Below the pieces are notes generated by a model that saw nothing but the letters and a program-made list of their open reading frames with translations, was not told the origin of the DNA and did no database searches. A stretch of 63,565 bases of DNA, filler included, from Octopus bimaculoides (Eukaryota), in NCBI RefSeq assembly GCF_001194135.2. It is 7 parts of 4 records of this genome, joined end to end, with 100 filler letters (N's around TTAATTAATTAA, not from the genome) between each part and the next. Parts side by side here need not be neighbours in the genome. Positions count along the whole stretch, not along the records: positions 18,440 to 26,659 come from NC_068994.1; positions 26,760 to 39,883 come from NC_068981.1; 5 more parts are not named here. One strand, 5' to 3'. Shown one piece after another: positions 25,628 to 39,020 of this stretch (position 1 is the stretch's first letter; each line of letters begins with the position of its first letter). Position numbers and translations under genes: made by a program.

Positions 25628-26319
25628 AGCATGGAACACAATTAAATTGTGGAAAAATTAAATGAAATGTTTTAAAAAATATTTCCATAGTTTTCAAATG
25701 TAAGGGGCATTTTTTTCTGTCTGTCTCTGTCTCTCTTTTTTACTCATGTGAGTTCTAGGTTGTAGGCAGCAGGTAGTAGTAGTCCTAACATTTAGTATGA
25801 ATTCTTTTAGCATTTTCTACATACATGTACACGTATGCAAATATACTCACACGTAAACGCTTGCACGCACTTATACATCCACACAGACACATGTTAGCAC
25901 TAATTTAGAACAGANNNNNNNNNNATATATATGTATGTATGTATGTATGCATGTATGTATGTATGTGCAATCCACATCCAGATTTCGTCGAATATCTTAT
26001 TCCTGAAACAGCTGTGAAGACCTATCTTGAATTTTCTTCTGTTTTTCAAGTATGAAGTCTTTTCATATCTACTTAATGATGTAAAAATACTTCGAACTGC
26101 TATCTTTCTGCTTTCTACTTAATTATATTTATATACATATACCGATACAGGTATGGCTCAGAGTTGAGTGGCAACTTGGACAACTAACTTTTACTATAGC
26201 CTGCGGCTGACCAAGGCCTTGGGAGTGGTTTTGGTAAGCAGAAACTGAAAGAAGCGTTGTATAACTATATGTGCAATTCTTTCTTATTAATCTTTATTAT
26301 TCTTTATCATTCTTTATAG

Positions 26320-26459
26320 CACATCTCTATGAAGAAATCCAGCTGAACGAAAACGAAAGTATATACGTGAACATGGCCAGTACTTCGTTTAAGTTAAATC
26401 TGCAGAAATACGTTTCTGAGAAGAAACAGGAAGTGGAGCCTTTTAATGATGAGTTCTCG
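26320..26459 (+). CDS. Juxtamembrane exon 2 (AHLYEEIQLNENESIYVNMASTSFKLNLQKYVSEKKQEVEPFNDEFS)
   Basis: ttctttatag|CA..TCG|gtcagt, phase 1->0; L..YV..K......F..EF resembles the helix preceding the first phosphatase domain of RPTPs. Confidence 0.8.
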
Positions 26460-26864
26460 GTCAGTGACTGTCTTTTATGAATATGTTAATTTCATTTTCA
26501 TTTGTAAACCACTTCATTGTAATAATGTAGTACTATTCTTATTTGTGTCAGTATAAATTTAATGTATCAATAGAATTGGAAGTTGGTTTGTTAATTCAGC
26601 ATACAAAACTACATCAGTAAACCAAATATGAAAAAACATTGAGCAAAATTTTTAAATAGNNNNNNNNNNNNNNNNNNNNNNNNNNNNNNNNNNNNNNNNN
26701 NNNTTAATTAATTAANNNNNNNNNNNNNNNNNNNNNNNNNNNNNNNNNNNNNNNNNNNNATTTTGTTGTTAAAATTTATTGTAATAAATTGGTTCTAACT
26801 TCTAAAATACACAAAATATTTTAACAATTTTCTTTTACATTTCTTAATAATATTTGATTATATA

Positions 26865-27274
26865 GGCGCAGGAGTGGCTATGTGGTAAGTAGTTTGCCTA
26901 ACAACCACATGATTCCTGGTTCAGTCCCACTGCGTGGCAACTTGGGCAAGTGTCTTCTACTATAGCCTTGGGCCGACCAAAGCCTTGTAAATAGATTTGG
27001 TAGATGGAAACTAAAAGAAGCCTGTCGTATAAATGTATATGTATATATATATGTGTGTGCGTGTGTTTGTGTGTCTGTGTTTGTTCCCCCCCCCCCAGTA
27101 TCGCTTGACAACCGATGCTAGTAGGTTTACATCCCCGTAACTTAGCGGTTCGGTAAAAGAAACCGATAGAATACATATTAGGCTTACAAAGAATAAGTCC
27201 CGGGGTCGATTTGCTCGACTAAAGACGGTGCTCCAGCATGGCCGCAGTCAAATGACTGAGACAAGTAAAAGAGT
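26865..27274 (+). mobile_element. SINE family B, full length
   Basis: ggcgcaggagtggctatgtggtaagtag ... gactgagacaagtaaaagagt. Confidence 0.92.
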
Positions 27275-27654
27275 AATATAAATAGAATAGAATTTTTTAA
27301 ACATCGTATGGCTAGAAGGGTTCATCCGAGTAAAATAGGGATCAAAAAAGTCCATAGGCAAAAAAATGGTTGAGAAACACTGCTTTAAATAGATGCCTGT
27401 CTTATAACAAAATTAGTTAGAAATCAAAGAAAAAGTCACTATTTTGTTCTTTCTGGTGTCATTTACACATCTTTTAAATTCTAAGAAATTCCCGAAGAAG
27501 ACACTTGCTNNNNNNNNNNNNNNNNNNNNNNNNNNNNNNNNNNNNNNNNNNNNNNNNNNNNNNNNNNNNNNNNNNNNNNNNNNNNNNNNNNNNNNNNNNN
27601 NNNNNNNNNNNNNNNNNNNNTATATATATACACATACATACATACATATATATT

Positions 27655-27955
27655 CTTTTATTCTTTTACATTTGCCTGCGGCCATGCTGGAGCACCGCCC
27701 GTAGTCGGACAAATCGACCACCGGACTTATTCTTTGTAAGCTTAGTACTTATTTTATCGGACACTTTTGCCGAACCGTTAGGTGACGGGACGTAAACACA
27801 CCACCATCGGTTGTCAAGTAATCGTGGGGGGACAGACACACAAACACACACATACATATACGACGGGCTTCTTTCAGTTTCCATCTACCAAATCCACTCA
27901 CAAGGCTTTGGTCAGCCCGAGGCTGTAGTAGAAAACACTTTCCCAAGATGCCACA
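27655..27955 (-). mobile_element. SINE family B, 5'-truncated
   Basis: Homology to 19471-19885. Confidence 0.88.
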
Positions 27956-30069
27956 TATACACACATACAATGTAATCTCAAAATAGAACAAAATACGATA
28001 TCAGCATCAGCGTGTTTTTGGTCGCTTTGTTTTTATTTGGAGAGTCCATCAATAACTATTTTATTAATCAGTCTTGATCTTATGTTTGTTAGTTAATCGT
28101 TTAATGCATTCTCTTATTCCAGATTGGCCTGGTTACTATGCCATTTAAGAAGATACGATCACGTGAATATTTTCTCACAGATGGATATAATATGGCTGTG
28201 GTCTTCAGTTTCAATTTTGCGTTTTAAATACATTGCTGATTTAATTTTTATTAATTATTTCATCGACCACTTGCTGGTAGGAGATTACAAAAAAAAAAAA
28301 AAATTATATTAATAAAATAAAAAGCTCCGTTGTTCTGTTCGGTATTCTTTTCGCAGCAATACCACCAAACATACATAATTTGTTGGTAACCCTCTTCAAT
28401 TCTGCAAAGGAAAAAATTTTAATCCTCCACCGAAAAAAAAAAGAAAACATACAATGGTATGCTCGTACGGGTGGATAAACTTGAATTTGTGGTTTGCATG
28501 TCGTGATAAAACATACTGACGCATCTACATACACACAATGGTAATACACACACACACACACACACCCAAAGAACGCATATATAGTACGGTTTAGAAGTTT
28601 ACTTTGTAGTCTCGATATCCCATTACGTGGCGTCCTGAATGAATGTTCAGTGAGTGAAATTGAATTGACGAAAACCGAAAAGAAGCCTTAACACACACTG
28701 TGTCGTACTGACTCTACTGGAGATGGTGTGGACAGTATACGTGTTTCTGGAATGCTCAGACGTGTACAAATTTTACACACGAATTCAATAAGAAGGAAGT
28801 ACAGTTGATCGAAGAACTGAATCCTATTCGTCGAAATCGAAACCCATCCATCAATCCATCCATCCTTCCATTCTCGCACGCAAATATATGCCCACATATA
28901 TAATTGCAGTTTAAAAATCATATTATTATAAAAATCGAAGAAAACCTTAAAGCAAAAATAGCTTATAAAGAAGGAAAAGACCTGAATATCCAGGGTAAAT
29001 AATTAGCTGTAAAATAATCATTAATTAATAAATTAAACGATATATCCGTTTAAAAAATTTTTCACGCTAGATTACATATACATCTAGTAATATATACACA
29101 TACCAAAAAATCTATAATATACGTATATACACTAAACATACGGACGCAGGTACATGGCTACATACATATACAGACATATAGACTAGACATAAATATATAC
29201 AAATGCATATATATATATATGCACGCACACATACGCACGCGCAAAAAATCTCCTGGCGTATGCATATATAAGTTAGTTGCTACAGGCGAAAGAAAGAAAA
29301 AGAAAAATCAGAGAATAATAAGATGGAGGGAGAAGGAAAAAAGGGGAAAAGAAGGAAAAGAAACAAAAGAAAGAGAAACGAGAAATTAGAGAGAGAAAGG
29401 GAAAAACTAATAGAGGTACAGAGAGTGAACTGATGGCGTTCATAAAGACATGAAGCTTATAAAAGACCTATGAAATGTAAACTTTGCCTCTCAGAAAAGT
29501 TCTTCATCCTGTTCCAGGATAAATATGCTTTGAACCAGAGACGCGAGCTCTTAAATTCCTACAGGCAAAAAAAAAAAAAAAAAAAAAAAACATCAAAGCA
29601 AACGCAATAAATTTGAACACGTGATGGTAAGTTACACGGGATCTAGATTTGAAAATGAGGTTTCCCATATAGAGACCTATAGTTGAAAACATTTTCTCTG
29701 AATGGAAATATCGCTTGAATAACACCTTTCCCACTTTAGAGGGCATTAATAACTTCGGTGGAATCCTGGTTTAAGCACCCTATATAACATTTCATAACCT
29801 TTTTTCACTTTTTAGAATTTTCAGAAAGTTTTTATGAATTTGTTTTCTATATGCAGGAATTCCTACGATTATAAAAAAAAAATAAAAATAAATAAAAAAT
29901 AAAAATAAAAAATTAGATGCCTTTCCCCATAAATCCTAAAAGATCTGCTCTTTTTTGACTTTCTTCTTTCAAAATCAAAGTTTAAAATACGGACAGTTTG
30001 AATTTTTTGCTTAAATCCCAGCAATGGACCACCCTTGAGTGCATCATCATTCTATTAAATGGGTTTATG

Positions 30070-30290
30070 GCGAGAAAAGATATTAAAAAACATCATTCCT
30101 TTACGTTCAATTGGTGTCTCAGATCGATGTGTTTACAACATTCAAGGTACCTTGGCTCTGAAGTACATTGATCACCCAAGAAGGTACAACTTAAATTGCG
30201 CAAACTTTAGCAGCGGAGGGGTATCCAAGAGTAATGACCTGGATGCGGCCCGCCACCCTGAGTGTCTAAGAAATTACGTAGAGGTGTGGT
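30070..30290 (+). mobile_element. LINE RT C-terminal fragment (decayed)
   Basis: Frameshifted FKYLGSEV motif. Confidence 0.4.
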
Positions 30291-31067
30291 AGTGGTGGTG
30301 GTGGGTGCTTTTCCTCTGAAGACCTCCTGTTGTTCACCTCTCCCTGTAGCTTCTTACGACCGCAACGAAACAAATATAAGTTGAAGGTTTTATCTTTATT
30401 TTATCAGTTAATTTACTCTGCATGTGTAGTTTGCATTTTACGGAGTTATACACAAAGACGCACACAAATTCACACGCACCCGCACACATACGCGCACACA
30501 TACAACCCACCCACCCCACACACATACGCACAAGTAATCCCTCTTTGTACATATTCCATGCCGTCATTTTGTTTTCACTAAAGGGGTCCTTCTCGTTTTT
30601 ACATTTCAAATTAAATACGTTCAAAATATGTAAACATTTCTTGTTTTCGTTTTTATTTCTCATTGTTTCTTCTTCTTTTAATGCGGAAAACGATTATTTA
30701 TTTTTCAAATCATCGTTATCACTTGGTTACATTTTCATTTCATCTAAATCACCATATTTTTCTATTTTCTGAGATATCAATTCACTTGAGTTTATTTAGT
30801 TGAGACACGTGTGTAAATCTTTTAGACATATCCTTCACGCTGTTTCGTTTTCCTTCTTTTTCCTCTCTACCCCCACCCCACCACCACCTTTTCTCACCAT
30901 CTAAAACTTCCTCAAAATTAATGTGACAGAGTATTTGTTTTAAATCCTTGCTCTTTAACAAAACTATGGCTTTTGAAGTTATGTCGTTTCGTCTTCCTTT
31001 GTTTTTTACTTCTGTTATTTTTGTAGTTAAAGTAAAATGCGCGCGCGTACACAGTACACCCACCTAT

Positions 31068-31454
31068 TGTTGTTGGCACTCCGTCGGTTACGATGACGAG
31101 GGTTCCAGCTGATCCGTTCGATGGAACAGCCTGCTCGTGAAATTAACGTGCAAGTGGCTGAGCAATCCACAGACACGTGTACCCTTAACGTAGTTCTCGG
31201 GGAGATTCAGCGTGACACAGAGTGTGAAAAGGCTGGCCCTTTGAAATACAGGTACAACTGAAACATGAAGAAAGAATGCGAGAAAGTTGTGGTGAAAGAG
31301 TACAGCAGGGTTCGTCACCACCCCCTGCCGGAGCCTCGTGGAACGTTAGGTGTTTTCGCTCAATAAACACTCACAACGCCCGGTCTTGGAATCGAAACTG
31401 CGATCCTACGACTGCGAGTCCGCTGCCATAACCACTGGGCCATTGCACCTCCAC
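31068..31454 (-). mobile_element. SINE family A, full length, with imperfect TSD
   Basis: Flanks cacccacctat / catccacctat. Confidence 0.92.
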
Positions 31455-31833
31455 CACATCCACCTATGCACAAACATATATGTATGTATGTATGTATGTA
31501 TGTGTGTGTATGTGTATGTCTGTGTGTTTGTGTCTTTATGCTAGTCCTCACCACTATTTTAAAACTGGTGTTGGTTTGTTTAAATCCCCGGTACTTTAAC
31601 GGTTCGGAAGGTCTACCGACAGAATAAGTACTGGGCTTGGGGTCGATTCGTTCCGTTAAAACCCCTTAAAGTTGTGCATTTGCATGGCCGCACTCCAATG
31701 ATTGAAACATTCCATGATAAATAATAAACATGTCTGTTAATAATGATCTAGCCATATATGCAATTCAGTTTATCGGTATAGCCATCCATAGAAATTGTTT
31801 CCCCAGAACTTTTCGTAAAAATAATCCTCTGAG

Positions 31834-31917
31834 TAAGAAAAAGAAGAAGAAGAAGAAGAAGAAGAAGAAGAAGAAGAAGAAGAAGAAGAAGAAGAAGAAG
31901 AAGAAGAAGAAGAAGAA
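31834..31917. repeat. (AAG)n microsatellite
   Basis: Direct. Confidence 0.95.
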
Positions 31918-32039
31918 AACAATGATGACGTCAGTGACAGTTACATTCTGGGAGAAATGTAGGGAGAAATGCATAAATACCTAAGAAAGAGAAAAAAAAG
32001 CATAGAATCCTCTTTATACGCGAGTTCTGGTGCTAGCAA

Positions 32040-32160
32040 CACATCGCCGAAAACACTTGTAGCTCTTATTGATCCTTGGATGACTCCATACACCAAACTA
32101 ATGTGATCAATGTAGTTGATGTCTAGTTTAATTTTCTTTTGGACTACAGCAATAGGCACT
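32040..32160 (-). mobile_element. LINE RT fragment
   Basis: YGVIQGSIRATSVF resembles the RT motif SGVPQGSVLGPTLF. Confidence 0.4.
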
Positions 32161-32382
32161 ATCGTATTTTACGTAGTTGTTCAACCTGTTAGATAGATAT
32201 ACACAGGGGCCGGATCTTTTTCAAAGCGTACCCCTTTTATCTTAGAAAAAACGAGAGCACTTTAGATAACATAGCCTTCATTGTAATACATCTTGGAAAA
32301 AGACTGGATAATCACGGCTTGCTCAATAAGGACCGGTCTGGAGATAGCCACGACCAACTACAACAATGACACAACAACAGCA

Positions 32383-32459
<77 letters not shown>

Positions 32460-32507
32460 AATATGTGTTGTAGCTCAGAAGGAAACTATTAATCCAATGA
32501 TGTAGTG

Positions 32508-32675
32508 CAGTGATTCCCAACCTGGGATCCGCGGACCTCCGGTGGTTCGCAAAAGTAGTACTGGGAGTTCGTGAACTAAATTCAAAATTTCATATATATA
32601 TATATATATAAGGACCAACATATTGAAAGGGGTCCGTGAAAAAATTCATTTAAATAAAAGCGTTGGGAACCACTG
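32508..32675. mobile_element. hAT-type MITE (168 bp) with 7/8 TSD
   Basis: atgtagtg|cagtgattcccaac ... gttgggaaccactg|gtgtagtg. Confidence 0.85.
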
Positions 32676-33034
32676 GTGTAGTGTAATATCGACGTGAGGA
32701 AGACATAGGATGATTTGGAGGAGAGGAGAGACATATGTATCCAAAGCACTTGAATGGTTGGACTATAAACATATGCTAGTTCAGACTAGCAGTTACCGTT
32801 ATAGTTACTGCGGGAGATGTATAGCGAGAGAACAGAGAGCGTCTGTGAAGCATTGATTGTTACGCTTCAGTTAGTGAATAGTTTCAGCTTTTCAGATATG
32901 TGAATGATACCTTAATATGGGAAACGGTTCAGTTTGTAGAGTGACAGTAACATATAAACGTTAAGCATTTTCTGGGTCTGAAGACGAAATCTAGCATTTG
33001 GGCTCTACTTTTTTTATATTACAATGTTACATTT

Positions 33035-33395
33035 TGGCGCAGATATAGCTGTGTGGTTAAGAAGGTCGCTTTGCAACCAGGTGGTTTCGGATTCAGTCTT
33101 ACTCCACCGTATCTAGGGCAAGTGTCTTTTACTATAGACTCGAGCTGACCAATGTTTTGTGAGAGAATTCGGTAGACGGAAATTTTGTGAAACACACACA
33201 CGCACAGACTCACAACAGACTTGACAACCGGTGTTGGTTTGTTTACGTCCTCGTAACGTATCGATTTGGCAACAAAAAAAATTATAGAATAAGCATCAGA
33301 CTTAAAAATAAGTACTGGGTTCGCTCTGTTCGACGAAAACCCTTCAAGGAGTTTCTCCAGCATGGTCGCAGTGCAAAGACTGAAACAAGTAAAGG
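33035..33395 (+). mobile_element. SINE family B (diverged, near full length)
   Basis: ggcgcagatatagctgtgtggttaagaag..ctagggcaagtgtctt..gactgaaacaagtaaag. Confidence 0.8.
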
Positions 33396-33619
33396 CTATA
33401 CGACAAGAGATATCAAGTCACCGTGAGAGACAATAAAAGACTGAGGCTGAAGGTTAGGAGGATCAGTCGATGAGTACAACTGACTGTTAACTGCTCAGCC
33501 AATTATAAGCTAACTTAATGATCAAGTAACTCGGTTGATTGAGCACTCGAAATGTCAGCGTTGAAACCAATGGAGATCCATATACTTTACTATTTTATTA
33601 AAAATCTTCTTCCTTGCCT

Positions 33620-33890
33620 TCTTTTTAAGGGTAGGGGTGACACCAGTTACATGTTTCTTAAAGGATAAAGATCTTTTCCGAGTCACAAAGAGTCACGGGG
33701 CATATACTCTGCCCACTAGGAGGGACGACGGTCTGTCGATTGAGTACTCATTTATGGCAGCTGAGTGACCTGGAATAATATGAAATGAAATGTTTTGCTC
33801 AAGAGTACAACTCATTACACGGTCCAGGAATCGAAATCACAACCGTTACGACCATGAGTTCAACACCGTAAAGACTAAACCATACGTTTC
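33620..33890 (-). mobile_element. SINE family D fragment (second copy at ~44130-44340)
   Basis: Shared tactcattt..gagtga.ctgga..aa..tgaaatgaa.tgttt..ctcaa..tacaac..ggaatcgaaa.cac. Confidence 0.65.
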
Positions 33891-34772
33891 CGCTACATGA
33901 TTTTTTTACTAACTGAACATATTAAACAAAGGTGACAAATGGGTAGAATTGTTAGGATGTCGGATAAGAATTTATAGCAGTAATTTTCCGGCACTCTGCG
34001 TCCTGAGTTTAAAACCTACCGACGATTGTTAGAAAGTTGGATAAAGATTTCTTGCGTTATTTGTTCTGGCTCTCTGCACTCTGATTTTAAATCCCAACGT
34101 GTCTGTGTCTATAGAATAGCCAGTCACTAACGCGATCACTTACTTAATTTTCAACTAGTTCAGCTGACCGAACAACTAAATACGCATCGCCGAAATCGAC
34201 GGAGGTTCATTTGTTTTACTTCCTATTTTATCCAGCCCTACATTCATTTTTAAGACAGGAGAGGTTGACAAGGTTTCCGTTTCTAGCAGGTCGAGCACCC
34301 GCATAGAGGATCACCTCTTTGGCTAGAAATAATTAGATTTATAACATGCAACTAAGATGAACAGTGAAACGATATACAGTAGACGAGAGTCCAAACAATA
34401 AATAATTCAGCACAAGAGAAGCACACATGTAGAAAACAACATAAGTACCACCATGACAACCACCACCATAAAATTAGCAAACCCAGCAGCAGTAGAAACA
34501 GCAGCAGCAACATCAGCAACATCAGCATCAATATCTTAACAATGACAGTAAGCAACTTGACAGAGAGGGAAATACTATATGCAACACTAATTATTTTCTT
34601 TTTTTCTTCTTTTATTTCTTTTTTTTTTTTGCTTCATATAGTTTATTGTTTACCAACACAGAAGCTATTGACAACAAATAACTTCCATATGTGTGTAAGA
34701 AAATCACACGCTTGTATATGCACATATGTGACAGTCTGTGAGGGCCTGTTGTGAGTATGATTGTATATATAA

Positions 34773-34839
<67 letters not shown>

Positions 34840-34850
34840 TNNNNNNNNNN

Positions 34851-34924
<74 letters not shown>

Positions 34925-35014
34925 TGAAATACATGCAAGTATATCAATGTGTATGTGTGTGTATATATATATATGTATCCATGTATATATAAATGAGTAT
35001 GTATGCATATCTAT

Positions 35015-35064
<50 letters not shown>

Positions 35065-35122
35065 ATCTATCACTGTGTGCATAGAAACAATCACATGTGT
35101 GCAGAATGTGAAAGTGCTTATG

Positions 35123-35156
<34 letters not shown>

Positions 35157-35294
35157 CATGTGCAGGTGTGTATGTGTGTGTATGTGTCTGAGCCTATGTG
35201 TGTATGAGTGTACGTGTTTGTTTAAAAATTCTAGTATATTTATACATTATTTTGGTTAGTGAGCTTGAAGAACCTCGTATGCACACACACACAT

Positions 35295-35329
<35 letters not shown>

Positions 35330-36549
35330 GATACATATACTGATATACATAATGCATGCACACTCACTCAAACATGTATATCTACATGTATACATGCATG
35401 TATGTAGGTATGTATGCATGTATGTATGTGTGTATGTATATACGTATGTGCGTAAGTACGTGTATATGCATACATACGTGCATNNNNNNNNNNNNNNNNN
35501 NNNNNNNNNNNNNNNNNNNNNNNNNNNNNNNNNNNNNNNNNNNNNNNNNNNNNNNNNNNNNNNNNNNNNNNNNNNNNNNNNNNNNNNNNNNNNNNNNNNN
35601 NNNNNNNNNNNNNNNNNNNNNNNNNNNNNNNNNNNNNNNNNNNNNNNNNNNNNNNNNNNNNNNNNNNNNNNNNNNNNNNNNNNNNNNNNNNNNNNNNNNN
35701 NNNNNNNNNNNNNNNNNNNNNNNNNNNNNNNNNNNNNNNNNNNNNNNNNNNNNNNNNNNNNNNNNNNNNNNNNNNNNNNNNNNNNNNNNNNNNNNNNNNN
35801 NNNNNNNNNNNNNNNNNNNNNNNNNNNNNNNNNNNNNNNNNNNNNNNNNNNNNNNNNNNNNNNNNNNNNNNNNNNNNNNNNNNNNNNNNNNNNNNNNNNN
35901 NNNNNNNNNNNNNNNNNNNNNNNNNNNNNNNNNNNNNNNNNNNNNNNNNNNNNNNNNNNNNNNNNNNNNNNNNNNNNNNNNNNNNNNNNNNNNNNNNNNN
36001 NNNNNNNNNNNNNNNNNNNNNNNNNNNNNNNNNNNNNNNNNNNNNNNNNNNNNNNNNNNNNNNNNNNNNNNNNNNNNNNNNNNNNNNNNNNNNNNNNNNN
36101 NNNNNNNNNNNNNNNNNNNNNNNNNNNNNNNNNNNNNNNNNNNNNNNNNNNNNNNNNNNNNNNNNNNNNNNNNNNNNNNNNNNNNNNNNNNNNNNNNNNN
36201 NNNNNNNNNNNNNNNNNNNNNNNNNNNNNNNNNNNNNNNNNNNNNNNNNNNNNNNNNNNNNNNNNNNNNNNNNNNNNNNNNNNNNNNNNNNNNNNNNNTA
36301 TATATATATATATATATGGTATGTATATGTATAGTGAACAACTGTACGCATTCCACGTAAGTTCAATGGCTTCTTTTATTATATATTATTTTTATTGACA
36401 GCGCACAACTGTCACCATTGTCTTCAGAATATGAAGGCAAGAAGATTTCTAAGTCCGTCCCCAACTAAATATGAAGAATTAATACGGAATTCTTTAATTT
36501 TTTTATACGTTTCAACCCAAAAACTGTGGCCATACTGAGGCACTACATA

Positions 36550-36715
36550 TACGACAGGCTTGTTTCAGTTTCCTTCGACCAAATTCACTCACAAGGCTTT
36601 AGTCGGCCGAGGTTATAGTAGAAGACACTTGCCCAAGATGCTACGCAGTGAGACTGAACTCGGAACCATGTGATAGGGAAGCAAGGTTTTTTTACCACAC
36701 AGCTATGCCTACGCC
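36550..36715 (-). mobile_element. SINE family B, 5' half
   Basis: Homology to 19690-19885. Confidence 0.85.
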
Positions 36716-37599
36716 TAAAATATTTTTTATGAAACGGAGTAAACTAGAAATATGTTTGGTTATATATATATATATATATNNNNNNNNNNNNNNNNNNNNN
36801 NNNNNNNNNNNNNNNNNNNNNNNNNNNNNNNNNNNNNNNNNNNNNNNNNNNNNNNNNNNNNNNNNNNNNNNNNNNNNNNNNNNNNNNNNNNNNNNNNNNN
36901 NNNNNNNNNNNNNNNNNNNNNNNNNNNNNNNNNNNNNNNNNNNNNNNNNNNNNNNNNNNNNNNNNNNNNNNNNNNNNNNNNNNNNNNNNNNNNNNNNNNN
37001 NNNNNNNNNNNNNNNNNNNNNNNNNNNNNNNNNNNNNNNNNNNNNNNNNNNNNNNNNNNNNNNNNNNNNNNNNNNNNNNNNNNNNNNNNNNNNNNNNNNN
37101 NNNNNNNNNNNNNNNNNNNNNNNNNNNNNNNNNNNNNNNNNNNNNNNNNNNNNNNNNNNNNNNNNNNNNNNNNNNNNNNNNNNNNNNNNNNNNNNNNNNN
37201 NNNNNNNNNNNNNNNNNNNNNNNNNNNNNNNNNNNNNNNNNNNNNNNNNNNNNNNNNNNNNNNNNNNNNNNNNNNNNNNNNNNNNNNNNNNNNNNNNNNN
37301 NNNNNNNNNNNNNNNNNNNNNNNNNNNNNNNNNNNNNNNNNNNNNNNNNNNNNNNNNNNNNNNNNNNNNNNNNNNNNNNNNNNNNNNNNNNNNNNNNNNN
37401 NNNNNNNNNNNNNNNNNNNNNNNNNNNNNNNNNNNNNNNNNNNNNNNNNNNNNNNNNNNNNNNNNNNNNNNNNNNNNNNNNNNNNNNNNNNNNNNNNNNN
37501 NNNNNNNATACATAAGTGTATGTGTGTGTGTGCGTCTATCTATCTATCTATCTACATATTTATTGGGTCCGCAAATCCGAATGGAAGACCATCGTCGTG

Positions 37600-37760
37600 A
37601 GACAAGGTGTCTTTGGCATTTAAAACCTGTCGGAACCAATTCCATTCTTTGAACGGACAGCCAATTTCTTCCAGAGAGAAAGACAAGGAGAAAGAAGAAT
37701 TCATTTCAGTACTTGTCTGGCGCTGAAGAAGAGACAGAAAGTCAAGAGCTCAAAGAGTCA
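37600..37760 (+). mobile_element. Probable Penelope endonuclease C-terminus followed by a hammerhead remnant
   Basis: IPFFERTANFFQRE../KEKEEFISVL recalls the PLE GIY-YIG end (IFPFY..R..KE..FI); then CTGAAGAAgagac-agaaa-gtc at ~37724 with GAAA lost. Confidence 0.35.
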
Positions 37761-37869
37761 CAACATATACCACAACGTTCTAATGCTAGCATCAACTTGC
37801 CGCAAATTACACCCCCCCCCCCCACNNNNNNNNNNCCCCCCCCCCCCACACACGTGTATATATCTGGGT

Positions 37870-38070
37870 GGGTGTTTTTGTGTCTGTGTTTATCTCCCAC
37901 CACCGCTTTACAATAGGTGCTGGTGTGTTTACATCCCCGTAACTTAGAAGTTTGGTGAAAGAGACCGATGGAATAATTACAAGGTTTAAAAAAAGTTCGA
38001 CTAAAAATCCTTCAAAGGCGGTGCCCCAGCATAGTCGCAGTCTAATGACTGAAACAAGTAAAAGATAAAC
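37870..38070 (+). mobile_element. SINE family B, 3' half
   Basis: gctggtgtgtttacatccccgtaacttag..aatgactgaaacaagtaaaag. Confidence 0.85.
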
Positions 38071-38554
38071 ACATACATACCTACATACATACACACGCAC
38101 ACACACGCACACATACAAACACACACACACACACACGCAATTGTCGTCCACACCGTTTTTTATACAAAAACCACTCACCACATTGATCGATCTGGGCTAT
38201 TGTAGAAAAGTCCTTCATTTTCAGACTGTAAGATGTAATTTGAATGAAATTTGGCTGCTATTTCTACCAGGTTCGACATATACGTATATAATTGGTTTAA
38301 TGAACGCCATTACATCACAAGTATGTATTTAAACCTGTCCTGTACCAAGTTCATGTAATACGATTTCTACATCTGTTTGTAATGATAGATTGCTGGTTGA
38401 ATTATTAATTATTTGAAATCAATGGTGTTTCCATGTCCAAAACAGAACACTGAAAACAGACCAATCAGTGGTATTAATTTTTAACTTCCTATGCGTCAGT
38501 TACACAATATTGGATTTTTTTCAAGCTGATTTACTCCACATTCACACAAGCCTT

Positions 38555-39020
38555 TCTACTATAGGCACAAGGCCTGAAATTTGGGGGGACAGTGTGCTAA
38601 TCGATTACATCGACTCCTACGCTCAATTGGTTTTATTTCATCGATCCTAGTTCTTAACTGGTTTTGTTTCTTCGACCCGAAAGGATGAAAGGCAAAGTCC
38701 ACCTTGGCAGTCGACCCAGAACGCAAAGCCGGCGGAAATACTGTGAAGCATTTTTCTCGGGGCTGTAACGATACTCTCAGCTTGCTGTCCTCAGCATTCA
38801 CGCAATGGTTTGTAATTGAGATACAAAACCAGAGATCTTGAGTGGAAAACTAGCTGAAACCATCGACTCCAGTATTTGATAGATACTTTATTTTAACAAC
38901 TCCGAACTGATTAGAATCGAAGTTCGCCTCGGCGGGATTTGAACTCAGGATTTAAAGAAACTGAGCAACTACCGCAAGGTACTTTTTTTACGATGTTTTA
39001 ACGATTTTGCCAGCTCACTG
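38555..39020 (-). mobile_element. Two adjacent SINE family C copies
   Basis: aggcacaaggcctgaaatttgggg..cgaaaggatgaaaggcaaagtc; second copy ..ctcggcgggatttgaactcag..gattttgccagctcac. Confidence 0.75.

Noticed and set aside
38240-38330. NWFNERHYIT resembling PTP 'GY...HYIATQ'
   Set aside because: Weak similarity and no supporting neighbouring PTP exons.
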